Shown here piece after piece: positions 43,727 to 52,825 of a stretch of 64,000 nt of DNA. Source of the stretch: Candidatus Aminicenantes bacterium (lineage in GTDB: Bacteria > Acidobacteriota > Aminicenantia > Aminicenantales > Saccharicenantaceae). The notes under the pieces are model-generated. The model was not told the origin of the DNA, searched no databases, and saw nothing but the letters and a program-made list of their open reading frames with translations. Each line of letters opens with the position of its first letter. Positions within the stretch are counted from its first letter, which is position 1. The stretch lies in the NCBI GenBank assembly GCA_963719985.1, contig CAVRDU010000005.1:578817-642816 (forward strand), given 5' to 3'. Made by a program: the position numbers and the translations under genes.

Positions 43727-46080
43727 TCGGCGCCGGACGGACCTCCATCGGCGGGCTCGCGGGGGCGCTCCTCTTCGCCCTCGCCCTCTCCGCTTCCGCC
43801 CCGGCCCAGACGTCGGCGCCGGCCGCCTCCCCGGACAAGCACCTCGTCTGGAACGGCGACCGGACGGTGCCCGTCCATCTCATCCCGCTCCGCGACGAGA
43901 ACGACGAGCTCATCGTCCCGACCGAGACGAACCCCCTCCCCTACTCCGCCCGCTTCACCTGCGGGCCGTGCCACGACTACGGGACGATCGCGGCGGGCTG
44001 GCACTTCGGGGCGATGACCGCGGCGGCGAGCGGGCGCCCCGGCGAGCCCTGGATCCGGTCCGACCCGAAGACCGGGACCGTCCTCCCTCTCTCTTACCGG
44101 AGATGGGACGGGACCTACGATCCGCGGGCCCTAGGTCTGAGCGCCTGGGACTTCACCCTGCTCTTCGGCCGCCACCTCGCCGGCGGCGGCCCGGCCGCCC
44201 CCCCGGAAGAAGAGACCCTGGCCCACCCCGAGGCGCGCTGGAGCGTTTCGGGCAAGGCCGAGATCAACTGCCTGGCCTGCCACAGCCGGTCGGGGCGCCA
44301 GGACCACTCCGAGTGGGCCAAGCAGGTCCTCCGCGAGAACCTCCGCTGGGCGGCCACGGCGGCCGGCGGCGTCGGCGAGGTCGGCGGCATGGCCTCGCGG
44401 CTCAAGGAGACGTGGGACATCGTCGACGGGCCCAACCTCGACGACCACGAGTGGGCCGTCGCTCCCTTCGTCAAGTACAGGACCGTCGACTTCGACTCCA
44501 AGCACCGCTTTTTCTTCGACCTCGACCACCGGCCCCCGGACGACCGCTGCCTGGCCTGCCACTCGGTCTCGGCCAAGGACGCGGCCCAATGGAGCGCCGA
44601 CGCCGACGTCCACTCGGCGGCCGGCCTGAAGTGCGCCGACTGCCACCGCAACGACCTCGGCCACGCCATGGTCCGGGGCTACGAGGGCGAGGCGGCCGAG
44701 ACCGGCGACCGGGCCGCGGAGGCGTTCACCTGCCGCGGCTGTCACCTGGGGGAGAACGCCGAGGGCAAGAGGACGGTCGTCCCCGGCCGCCTCGGCGCGC
44801 CCTATCCCAGGCACGTCGGCGTCCCGCTCGTCCACTTCAAGCGGCTTTCATGCACCGTCTGCCACTCCGGGCCGAAGCCGCGGGACGGCTTCACAAGGGT
44901 CAGGACGTCGCGGGCCAACCGGCTCGGCATCTACGGCGTCGCGACCTGGTCGACGGACGCGCCCGCGGTGTTCGAGCCGGTCTACAAGAAGGACTCCGCC
45001 CATCGCATCGCCCCGCACCGGCTGGTCTGGCCGGCCTTCTGGGCCAGGAAAACGGGCCCGACCATGACGCCGCTCCTGCCCGAGGTCGTCGAGGCCGCCG
45101 CGGGCGAGGTCCTCGGGCCCGAGGAGAGGATCTCGCTCGTCCTCGCCGCGCTGGGCCAGGTCATGGCTGAGGATGAAACGCCCGTGCTCGCTATCGGCAA
45201 GTTCGTCTTCGCGCCGAACGTCGACGGCGGCCTCGACGCGGCGACCGAAGCCGGCGCCTCCGCGGACCGCGCCGCGTTTTGGGGCATCCGCGAGGGCGGC
45301 GAGATCCGGCCTCTCGTTCCCGATTTCGATCCGGCGGCGGAAGTCAAGGACCCGGACATCGAGACGCGCTTTCAGGAGTTCCTCCAGGCCCTCGGGACGG
45401 TCGCCGGGCGCCCCGGCGAACCCGCGATCGTGGTCCGGAAGACGCTCTACCGTTTCGCCGGGGGTTACCTCGACATCGCCGAGGCGCCGGAGGAGCTAGC
45501 GGGGGCCGCCGGCCCGGGCTGGCTCGCGCGAGGAAAGCTCCTGCCCCTGGCCGCGGACTTCGACCTGCGCACCGTCGCCGCCAAGGCCGGGACGGAGCGG
45601 ACGCTGACCGAGGAGCAGGTCGGGCTCGTCCTCGAGGCGCTGGCCGCGACCGCCGGCGACGCCGAGATCGTCTACATCTCCGGCGGCCGGATGTTCCGGC
45701 GGACGAAAGAGGGAACCCTCGCCGCCGATAAGCACCCGGCCGCGGCTCCGGCGGCCTGGCCGCTGGCCCACGACGTCCGGCCGGCCCAGCAGTCGCTCGG
45801 CTGGAAGGGCTGCACGGACTGCCACAGCGGCGGCTCGAACTTCTTCTTCGCCGGGCTCGAGGGCCAGGGCCCCCTGCTGACGAAGAAGGTCGGCAAGCTC
45901 TCCGCCGCGTCGTTCATGGGTCTCGGCGGGCTCTTCCAGCGCTTCTTCGGCCTCTCGTTCGTCGTCCGGCCGGCGTTCAAGGTCGTCCTGGCCGTCTGCG
46001 CGATCGTCGCCGGGTCCCTTCTCTTCCTGGCCGGGCTCTTCGCCCTCGGCCGGGTGGCCGGGTTCCTGGAGAAGAGGTAA
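43723..46080 (+). CDS. Multiheme (7x CxxCH) c-type cytochrome with signal peptide and C-terminal transmembrane anchor
   Basis: Motifs CGPCH, CLACH (x2), CADCH, CRGCH, CTVCH, CTDCH. The ATG overlaps the upstream Gfo/Idh/MocA stop (ATGA). C-terminal hydrophobic helix VVLAVCAIVAGSLLFLAGLFALG. Confidence 0.75.
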   Translation: MIGAGRTSIGGLAGALLFALALSASAPAQTSAPAASPDKHLVWNGDRTVPVHLIPLRDENDELIVPTETNPLPYSARFTCGPCHDYGTIAAGWHFGAMTAAASGRPGEPWIRSDPKTGTVLPLSYRRWDGTYDPRALGLSAWDFTLLFGRHLAGGGPAAPPEEETLAHPEARWSVSGKAEINCLACHSRSGRQDHSEWAKQVLRENLRWAATAAGGVGEVGGMASRLKETWDIVDGPNLDDHEWAVAPFVKYRTVDFDSKHRFFFDLDHRPPDDRCLACHSVSAKDAAQWSADADVHSAAGLKCADCHRNDLGHAMVRGYEGEAAETGDRAAEAFTCRGCHLGENAEGKRTVVPGRLGAPYPRHVGVPLVHFKRLSCTVCHSGPKPRDGFTRVRTSRANRLGIYGVATWSTDAPAVFEPVYKKDSAHRIAPHRLVWPAFWARKTGPTMTPLLPEVVEAAAGEVLGPEERISLVLAALGQVMAEDETPVLAIGKFVFAPNVDGGLDAATEAGASADRAAFWGIREGGEIRPLVPDFDPAAEVKDPDIETRFQEFLQALGTVAGRPGEPAIVVRKTLYRFAGGYLDIAEAPEELAGAAGPGWLARGKLLPLAADFDLRTVAAKAGTERTLTEEQVGLVLEALAATAGDAEIVYISGGRMFRRTKEGTLAADKHPAAAPAAWPLAHDVRPAQQSLGWKGCTDCHSGGSNFFFAGLEGQGPLLTKKVGKLSAASFMGLGGLFQRFFGLSFVVRPAFKVVLAVCAIVAGSLLFLAGLFALGRVAGFLEKR

Positions 46081-46084
46081 GGCC

Positions 46085-46819
46085 ATGCTGTTCACGCTCC
46101 TCACGGTCCTCGTTCTCGGCGGGACGTATCTCGGCCTGGCCTTCCACCGCTTTTGGACGACCCGCGAGGAGGCCCGGTCGACCATCCTCTATGCCGAGAT
46201 CCTCAAGAAGTTCCTGGCCTGGCTCGCCCTCCGGACGATCCAGATCGGCCGCGGGGCCACGACCACGTCGTCGTGGGAATTCCTCATGGCCCTGCCGCTC
46301 TGGAAAAAGCCCGTTCTGGATAGATGGCTCCTGATCGCGCTCTACGGAAGCTTTCTCTATCTCGCCGCGAGCGGCTTTGTCTTCGCCGTCTTCGTCCCCC
46401 GCGGTCTCTACGGCTTTCCGCTCATCGGGCACGTCATGGCCGGCGGCCTGTTCGCCGTCTCCCTGACCGCCCTGGTCCTCTTCAAAGGCCGCGATTTCAT
46501 CTCCGCGCCGAAGCCGGCTCCCCTTAGCCTGACGCTCCTCGATCTTCGGAAGATGGGCATCACGGCGGCCCGGGTCAAGCTCTGGTCCTTCTGGCTCTTT
46601 GCCGCGGCCGGGACCCTGCTCATCCTGTCGGCCCTCCTGCCCATGCTGCCTCTTCTGCGAACGGCGGGGCAGAGGCTCGTTTTCGAGCTCCATCGCTACG
46701 GCGCGCTCCTCTCGGCCGCGGCCGCGATGGTCTTCGCCGGCCTCACGCTTTTCGAGCCCGACCAGGCCTATCGTTCCCGGCCGCGCGAGGGGGACGCTCC
46801 CGCGCCGCCCTCGGCGTAG
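46085..46819 (+). CDS. Small polytopic membrane protein (possible b-type haem membrane anchor, DUF4405-like)
   Basis: 244 aa with about 4 TM helices and conserved His residues. Starts 5 nt after the cytochrome gene. Confidence 0.45.
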   Translation: MLFTLLTVLVLGGTYLGLAFHRFWTTREEARSTILYAEILKKFLAWLALRTIQIGRGATTTSSWEFLMALPLWKKPVLDRWLLIALYGSFLYLAASGFVFAVFVPRGLYGFPLIGHVMAGGLFAVSLTALVLFKGRDFISAPKPAPLSLTLLDLRKMGITAARVKLWSFWLFAAAGTLLILSALLPMLPLLRTAGQRLVFELHRYGALLSAAAAMVFAGLTLFEPDQAYRSRPREGDAPAPPSA

Positions 46820-47880
46820 ATCGTCTGCGTGGGATAGGCGAACGCGATCCCTTCCTTCTCGAACCGGCGGAAAAGGCCCAGGTTGATGGCCTGCTGGACG
46901 TCCATATAGACTTCGTAATCCGGAGCGGTCACGAAATAGACCGTTTCGAAATTGAGGGAAAAATCCCCGAACGCGGCGAAGTGGGAGCGGTCGAAGCGGC
47001 AGTTCTCCTGGGCCTCGACGACCTCGCGGACGATCGCGGGGATCCTCTCGAGCTTCTCCGCCGGGGTCTGATAGACCACGCCGACCGTGAACGCGATCCG
47101 CCGCTCTTCCATCCGCTTGTAGTTCCGGACCCGGCTCTTGAGCAGGTCGCTGTTGGCGAAGATGATCTGCTCTCCCCCGAGGCCGCGGACGCGGGTCGTC
47201 TTCAGGCCGATGTGCTCGACCGTCCCCTTCAGATCGTCGACGACGATGAAGTCGCCGATGACGAACGGCTTGTCCATGACGATGGACAGCGAGGCGAAGA
47301 GGTCCCCCAGGACGTTCTGTATGGCCAGGGCGACCGCGATGCCGCTGACGGCCCCTCCGGCGACGAGGGCGGTGACCTTGACCCCCAGGTTGTCCAGGGC
47401 CAGGAGCAGGACCAGTGACCAGAGAACGAGCCGGAAAATGAACCCGAGGGCCGCGAGCTTGGTCTTGTCCTCCCCCTCGGCTCCCGGCTTTCCGTCCTTG
47501 GCCCGAGCGAGCACGTGGTCGAAGATGGCGCTGCCCCAAACCGCCCCCTGGAAGATCATGGCGATGGTAACGAGCTTGGCCAGGATATCGTCGGCCCCTC
47601 CGGACAGGCGGAGGACCTTGGAGCCCAGGAAGACGGACACGGCCAAGAGGAAAAAGAACTTGATCCGCCCGATGAGATCGGCCACGAGATCGTCGACGTC
47701 GGTGGAGGTCGTGGCCGACAGGGTCTTGAGCCTGCGGTGGAAAACGGCCTTCACGACCCGCAGGACGGTGTAGATGGCCATGACCACGGCCAGGGCGATG
47801 AGCCACGTCTTGACGCTGTTGCCGAGATAGATCCTGTTCAACATGCCTATAAACTTACCATCTCGGAACGGGACAGTCAA
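46768..47880 (-). CDS. Mechanosensitive ion channel, MscS family
   Basis: TM3/beta-domain signature (GGAVSGIAVALAIQNVLGDLFASLSIVMDKPFVIGDFI…GTVEHIGLKTTRVR). Confidence 0.8.
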   Translation of the reverse strand: MTVPFRDGKFIGMLNRIYLGNSVKTWLIALAVVMAIYTVLRVVKAVFHRRLKTLSATTSTDVDDLVADLIGRIKFFFLLAVSVFLGSKVLRLSGGADDILAKLVTIAMIFQGAVWGSAIFDHVLARAKDGKPGAEGEDKTKLAALGFIFRLVLWSLVLLLALDNLGVKVTALVAGGAVSGIAVALAIQNVLGDLFASLSIVMDKPFVIGDFIVVDDLKGTVEHIGLKTTRVRGLGGEQIIFANSDLLKSRVRNYKRMEERRIAFTVGVVYQTPAEKLERIPAIVREVVEAQENCRFDRSHFAAFGDFSLNFETVYFVTAPDYEVYMDVQQAINLGLFRRFEKEGIAFAYPTQTIYAEGGAGASPSRGRER

Positions 47881-47913
47881 AGGCCCCGCGGCGGGGGCCG
47901 CGCGATCGAGCGC

Positions 47914-49252
47914 TTATTTCGTCCGCGGAGAGGGCTCGCGCCTGCCGTCGTCGTAGAGGCCGACGAGCTCGACGGCCCGGCCGTCCTTGACCGTGAACTC
48001 GATCCGGAAGTAGTCGAGGCCCTCGACGGCGAACAGCGTGGCGGACATCGGGACGAGCCGGTATTTCGGCCCCGTGCGCTGGTAGTGGAGGGCGCCGTTC
48101 TCCACCGTGACCTTGCGCTCGCCGTAGACGCCGGCGTAGCTCTTCAGTGTCGCCTCATCGAGGCGCCGCGGGACCTTCTTGGCCCTCTCTGCGGCCAGGA
48201 TCCACTCGTATTCGGCCTTCCGGGCGGGATCGGTCGCCTTGGCGGCCAGCTTCTCGACGGCCATCGCGTAGGCCCGGTCGAACGCCTCGGCGGCGGGGAC
48301 GTCGATATCGGGCGAGACGCCCGTGCCTTCCCAGTTCGTCTTGGAGTAGGGGTTGATGGCCCGGGCGAAGGGGACCCGGAGGACGAAGTCGCGCTGGACG
48401 ATCCTCGTCGCCGTCGGGTGCGCGCCGCCGCCGGTCGTCTCGCCGATGACGGTCGCCCGCTTGAGGTTCTTCATGTTGTAGGTGAATTCCTCGGCCCCCG
48501 AGAAGGTCCGCGAGCTCGTCAGGATGTAGAGGTCGGCGCCGGAGGCCCGGGGCCCGGGGACGTAGGGCAGGGTCCAATAGTGCTCGGTCCGATCCGCGGC
48601 CCGGGCGTAGAGGTCGTTGAGGTGGACCGGCTCGTCGAAGAAATAGGTGCTGATGAGCTGGATCTGGGCCGGGTCGCCGCCGCCGTTCTGGCGCAGGTCG
48701 ACGATGACGGCGTCGCAGTGGGCCAGGAAGCTCATCGCGGCGATGGCCGTCGGCCCGGCCTGGTCGGGCGAGGCGAACATGCGGAAGTCGATGTAGCCGA
48801 CGTTCCCCGCGAGGCGCTCGACCTTGCGGAAGCCGAAGTTGTTCCGCCGGGCCTCGAGGTCCCGGCGCGCGCGGACCTTGGCCGCCTCCTCCTCGCTCTG
48901 GCCCTGGAGACGCCTCATGTCCTCGGCCAGGGCCGGATTGTAGGCGAAGCCGATGTGCCCGTCCTTGCTGACCATGGAGAGGACCGTCGAAACGGCCTGG
49001 GCGAAGGCCGGGGCGGTAGCGGCCTTGTCGAAGCTCCCGCTCTTGAGCTGAGCGCGCAGGGCCTCCTCCATCTTCTTGGCCGTGTCGGCGAAGACGTATT
49101 CCCTGTTGAGGAGCGCCGAGACTTCGTCGACGATGGCCTGCTTGCCTCGCGGCGTCGAGGGCCGGCGCCGCCGCCTCCTGGGCGAATACGGTCCCGGCCC
49201 CGAAGGCCAGAATGGCGATGACGATGACGGTATCGCGGAGCGTCTTGGACAT
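47914..49252 (-). CDS. S41 family peptidase (C-terminal processing/tail-specific protease-like), one frameshift near the signal peptide (~49190)
   Basis: Signal peptide MSKTLRDTVIVIAILAFGAGTVFAQEAAAP in the frame of 49252. The rest is in the frame of 49071, with S41 blocks (ILTSSRTFSGAEEFTYNMKNL, GETTGGG). Confidence 0.7.
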
Positions 49253-49263
49253 GTCGTGCCTCC

Positions 49264-50763
49264 TCAGCGCGCCTTGACCCGGGCCAGGATCGTTCCTATC
49301 TTGTTGGCCAGGGGCGAGGCGCCGTTGTCATAATTGCACATCGCGGCCACGATGTAGCCGGAATCGACGTAGATATCGAGCTGGGAATTGATGCCCGGGA
49401 AGCCGCCGCTGTGCCCGACGGCCTTGCCGCCCGGGCCCTGGACCACCGTGAACCCGTAGCCGTAGTTGGCGCCCTTGAAGTCCGTCCACATCAGGTCCCG
49501 CGTCTTGGGAGAGACCAGCTTGCCGGAGAGCAGGGCCAGGGCGAACCGGTGGAGGTCCTTGACCGTGGAGAAGCCGCCGCCGGCCGGCCCGCCCTTGATG
49601 ACATGCTTGTAGAGGTTGTTCTGCCACTTGTAGGGGCTCCCGAAGTCGGGGCTGTAGCCGATGGCCAGGTTCTCGACGGGGCGATCCATCTCGTAGCAGT
49701 CGGAATCGGTCATCCCGGCCGGGGCGTGGACGGCCTTGCGGATGTGGTCGAAATAGTCCTCGCCCGCGACCTTCTCGATGACGACCCCGAGGAGGAACAT
49801 GCCCGTGTTGCTGTACTGGAACCGGTCTCCCGGGGTGAAGGCGGGCTTGTCGTCCTTGATGAGCGGCTTGTAGTCGTCGAGCTTGCGGAAAAGGGCCCGC
49901 GAGCTCTTCTGATAGACGTCGTTGAAGTAGCTGCCGAGCCCGGAGGTGTGGGTGATGAGGTGGCGGACGGTGATCCGGCTCGTGACGTCCTTGGGCAGCC
50001 AGGTCTCGTCGACCCACTTGCCGATCGGATCGTCGAAGGAGAGCTTGCCGGCTTCGACGAGCCGCGCGACGGCGACGGACGTGAACATCTTGTTCATCGA
50101 GCCCAGGTTGAACTTGGTGTCGATGTTGATGGGGGCGTGGAAGGCCTTGCTGGCCTCCCCGGCGAAATCGGTCAGGAGGACCGTGGGCCCTTTGGCGACG
50201 AGCGCGGTCCCCGAGTACCAGTCCTTCTCCTTGATCCCGGCCAGGAGGGACCGGATCTCGGCGATGGCCTCCTTCTCGGTGAGCGGCGGCTCGACGACGC
50301 CGGAAGGCGGGCGCGCGGGGCCCATCCCCAGACCGGCGACAAGGAACTGGGGCGCTCCGCCGAAGCGAAAGGTCAACCCCCACCATCCTCCGAGGACGCG
50401 GTCCTTGACGATGACCACGGTCGCGCCCGGCCGCTCGGGAGTGTAGGTCCGGACCGAGTGGAACTGGATGCCGCCCGTGTCCCTATGGAATCCGAGAGCG
50501 GTGGAGATGTGGTCGTCGACCGGCACCATCTCCCGGAATTCCTTCGTGCATTCCTCTGCGAGGAAGCGCTTGACCCGCTCGGCGTCGCCGGAGCTCATGA
50601 CCTCGATCAGGGACTTGACGCGGGCCCCGACCGGGCCTTCGGGCAGGACCGTCGTGTCCTTGAACGCCGGAGCGGGCGGCTGTTGCGGAAGCGCGTCCGG
50701 GCCGGAGAGAGCCGCGATAACACAGGAGAGAAAGATGATCCGCTTGGCGGTCGTTCGGAACAT
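49264..50763 (-). CDS. Serine hydrolase, beta-lactamase/transpeptidase-like family (class C beta-lactamase-related)
   Basis: GGAGG then ATG (MFRTTAKRII…) with a signal peptide. Contains SMNK (SxxK) and YSN motifs. Confidence 0.8.
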   Translation of the reverse strand: MFRTTAKRIIFLSCVIAALSGPDALPQQPPAPAFKDTTVLPEGPVGARVKSLIEVMSSGDAERVKRFLAEECTKEFREMVPVDDHISTALGFHRDTGGIQFHSVRTYTPERPGATVVIVKDRVLGGWWGLTFRFGGAPQFLVAGLGMGPARPPSGVVEPPLTEKEAIAEIRSLLAGIKEKDWYSGTALVAKGPTVLLTDFAGEASKAFHAPINIDTKFNLGSMNKMFTSVAVARLVEAGKLSFDDPIGKWVDETWLPKDVTSRITVRHLITHTSGLGSYFNDVYQKSSRALFRKLDDYKPLIKDDKPAFTPGDRFQYSNTGMFLLGVVIEKVAGEDYFDHIRKAVHAPAGMTDSDCYEMDRPVENLAIGYSPDFGSPYKWQNNLYKHVIKGGPAGGGFSTVKDLHRFALALLSGKLVSPKTRDLMWTDFKGANYGYGFTVVQGPGGKAVGHSGGFPGINSQLDIYVDSGYIVAAMCNYDNGASPLANKIGTILARVKAR

Positions 50764-50800
50764 GGGGAACCTCCAGACTATCATCCGTTCGCCCCGTCCT

Positions 50801-51430
50801 TCATCGCGTCCAGCTGGCCTGGCGAGTTGGACAGGTCAAAAGCCCTTTTATAAGCAGGTCGGCGATATGCCCGACTTGGCTCTCGAGCTCCTCCCGCCGG
50901 CCGAGCTCCCGGGCCGAGAGGTTGAAGGGAAGGTGGGAATTCGTGCTCTGGATGAGGACGGATGCCGTCGCGCGCGGATCGGGGCAGTCGAGCTCCCCGA
51001 GGCGGGCCCCCTCGCGCAGGACGTCTTCGAAGACCGCCGCCTCCTTCTCGAAATAGGCCTGGCGCCGGATGAGCAGGGGCGCCCGGACCGACGACAGGAG
51101 TTCGCCGAGGCTCTGGGAATAATGGGCGACGCTGTCGAAGCGATGAAGGACGCGGAGGACGAGCATGCGGCGAAGGCGCCTATCGACGGGATCGGGCGAG
51201 CCGGCCAGCTCCCGGAGCTTGCCGACGACGGTCTCGGCGATGCGGTCGATATGGGCCAGAACGAGCTCCTCCTTCCCCGGGAAGTGGAGGTAGATCGTCC
51301 CTTTGCCGATCCCGACCTCTCTGGCCACGTCCTCCATGGTCATTTTTTTATAGCCGAACCTGGCCAAGAGGGAATCGACGGCGTCGAGGATCAGGTCACG
51401 GATGTTTTCCTGCCTGGCTATTTTGCCCAT
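50801..51430 (-). CDS. TetR/AcrR family transcriptional regulator
   Basis: N-terminal HTH (ITMEDVAREVGIGKGTIYLHF). 209 aa. Confidence 0.85.
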   Translation of the reverse strand: MGKIARQENIRDLILDAVDSLLARFGYKKMTMEDVAREVGIGKGTIYLHFPGKEELVLAHIDRIAETVVGKLRELAGSPDPVDRRLRRMLVLRVLHRFDSVAHYSQSLGELLSSVRAPLLIRRQAYFEKEAAVFEDVLREGARLGELDCPDPRATASVLIQSTNSHLPFNLSARELGRREELESQVGHIADLLIKGLLTCPTRQASWTR

Positions 51431-51622
51431 AATGACTCTTGACCGCTATTATATTCTGGTCATTTGCATTTGTCAACTGCGGCGCAATTGAACACCCGGA
51501 GGATCTTTCGAACGCTGCGCGTCCAGCCCCGCAGTTGACACGCTCTGCCGAAAGTCCCACAATGGGACCAGGGGTTGTTATCGGAAGGGTCTCCTTTCGG
51601 GTATCACGAAAAGGAGGCGCTC

Positions 51623-52777
51623 ATGAGCATGAAGAAAGACTTGCCGGTCCTTGCTTTCTGTTGTCTGATCGCCACCGGGGACGTAGGCGCCAACGCCAAT
51701 GGGGCGCCTACTTCTGGATCCGTCCCGGCTCAGAAGATCGACATCCGGACCCAGGATGGCGTCATCGTCGTCCGCAATCCCAGGGCTCCCGTCCCTCAGC
51801 CCGGGGGGCCCTCCCAGCTCCTGCTGACCCAGGACCTTGTCCTCGGCAAGGATCCCGCCGGAGGTCCCGCGATCATCGCGGAGCTCCGTTCGGTCGGCGT
51901 CGACGACCAGGAGAACATCTGGACCCTCGATTGGGAGGACATCAAGGTCCGCGTCTTCGACAAGACGGGAAAACTCGTCAGCGAGTTCGGCAAAAAAGGC
52001 CAGGGGCCCCGGGAGTGGCAGAACCCCAGCCGCATGGTCGTCCTCCCCGGCGGGACGGCTGTCGTCCTCGACGTCAACAAGCTGACTTTCTATTCCCTCG
52101 ATGGGACCTGCCTCAAGGAGCTCTCGACGGCCCGGTCCCGCCTGGCCAGGTTCAGGTTCGACTCCCGAGGGAACATCTACGGGGACTCCTTCGATTTCGC
52201 CCCTCCGAAGCTGAAGCTAGGCCTGGTCAAGTACGATCCGTCGTTGGATCCCATCCAAACCCTCGCCGAGGTCGAAGAGTCCCTGCCGGCCGGGGGTGGA
52301 TTCAATGCGTTCACGACATTGCTCTACCATCACATCACGGCGGACGACCGCATCGTCTGGCTGGTGACATCGAAGTACGAGTTCCGCGTCCTCGACGCGC
52401 AGGGGAGCCTTATCCGGCGCATCATCAAGGCGTACGAGCCCATGAAGGTCACGGCCTCTGAAAAAAAGCGCCTGCTCGAGGAGCGCTATGGCAACTCGTT
52501 GGTCCGCGATCGGATCGTCTTTCCCGAAGTGTTCCCGCCCGTCTCGTATTTTATCGGCGACGCCGAGGGCCGGCTTTACGCCCAGACCTACGAGACCGAC
52601 GACAAGGGCTGGCTCCTTTATGACGTTTTCGACGCCGAGGGCCGATGCATCGCCAGGTTCTCCCTGCCCCGCGAGGAAATGCCGTTCGTCGTCAAGAAGG
52701 ACAAGCTCTACGCACTGATCATCGAGGACGAGGAAGGATTCCCGCTCGTCAAGCGCTATACCCTAGCCTGGAGGTAA
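51623..52777 (+). CDS. Six-bladed beta-propeller (NHL-like) repeat protein, lipoprotein-like; paralog of 28511..29698
   Basis: GGAGG then ATG (MSMKKDLPVLAFCCLIATG). Repeated FGKKGQGPREW-type blades. Divergent from the TetR gene. Confidence 0.5.
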   Translation: MSMKKDLPVLAFCCLIATGDVGANANGAPTSGSVPAQKIDIRTQDGVIVVRNPRAPVPQPGGPSQLLLTQDLVLGKDPAGGPAIIAELRSVGVDDQENIWTLDWEDIKVRVFDKTGKLVSEFGKKGQGPREWQNPSRMVVLPGGTAVVLDVNKLTFYSLDGTCLKELSTARSRLARFRFDSRGNIYGDSFDFAPPKLKLGLVKYDPSLDPIQTLAEVEESLPAGGGFNAFTTLLYHHITADDRIVWLVTSKYEFRVLDAQGSLIRRIIKAYEPMKVTASEKKRLLEERYGNSLVRDRIVFPEVFPPVSYFIGDAEGRLYAQTYETDDKGWLLYDVFDAEGRCIARFSLPREEMPFVVKKDKLYALIIEDEEGFPLVKRYTLAWR

Positions 52778-52825
52778 CTTCCTCCCTCGCGGCCGGGCGG
52801 CCCGGCCTCGGTCCTCCGGACGCCC

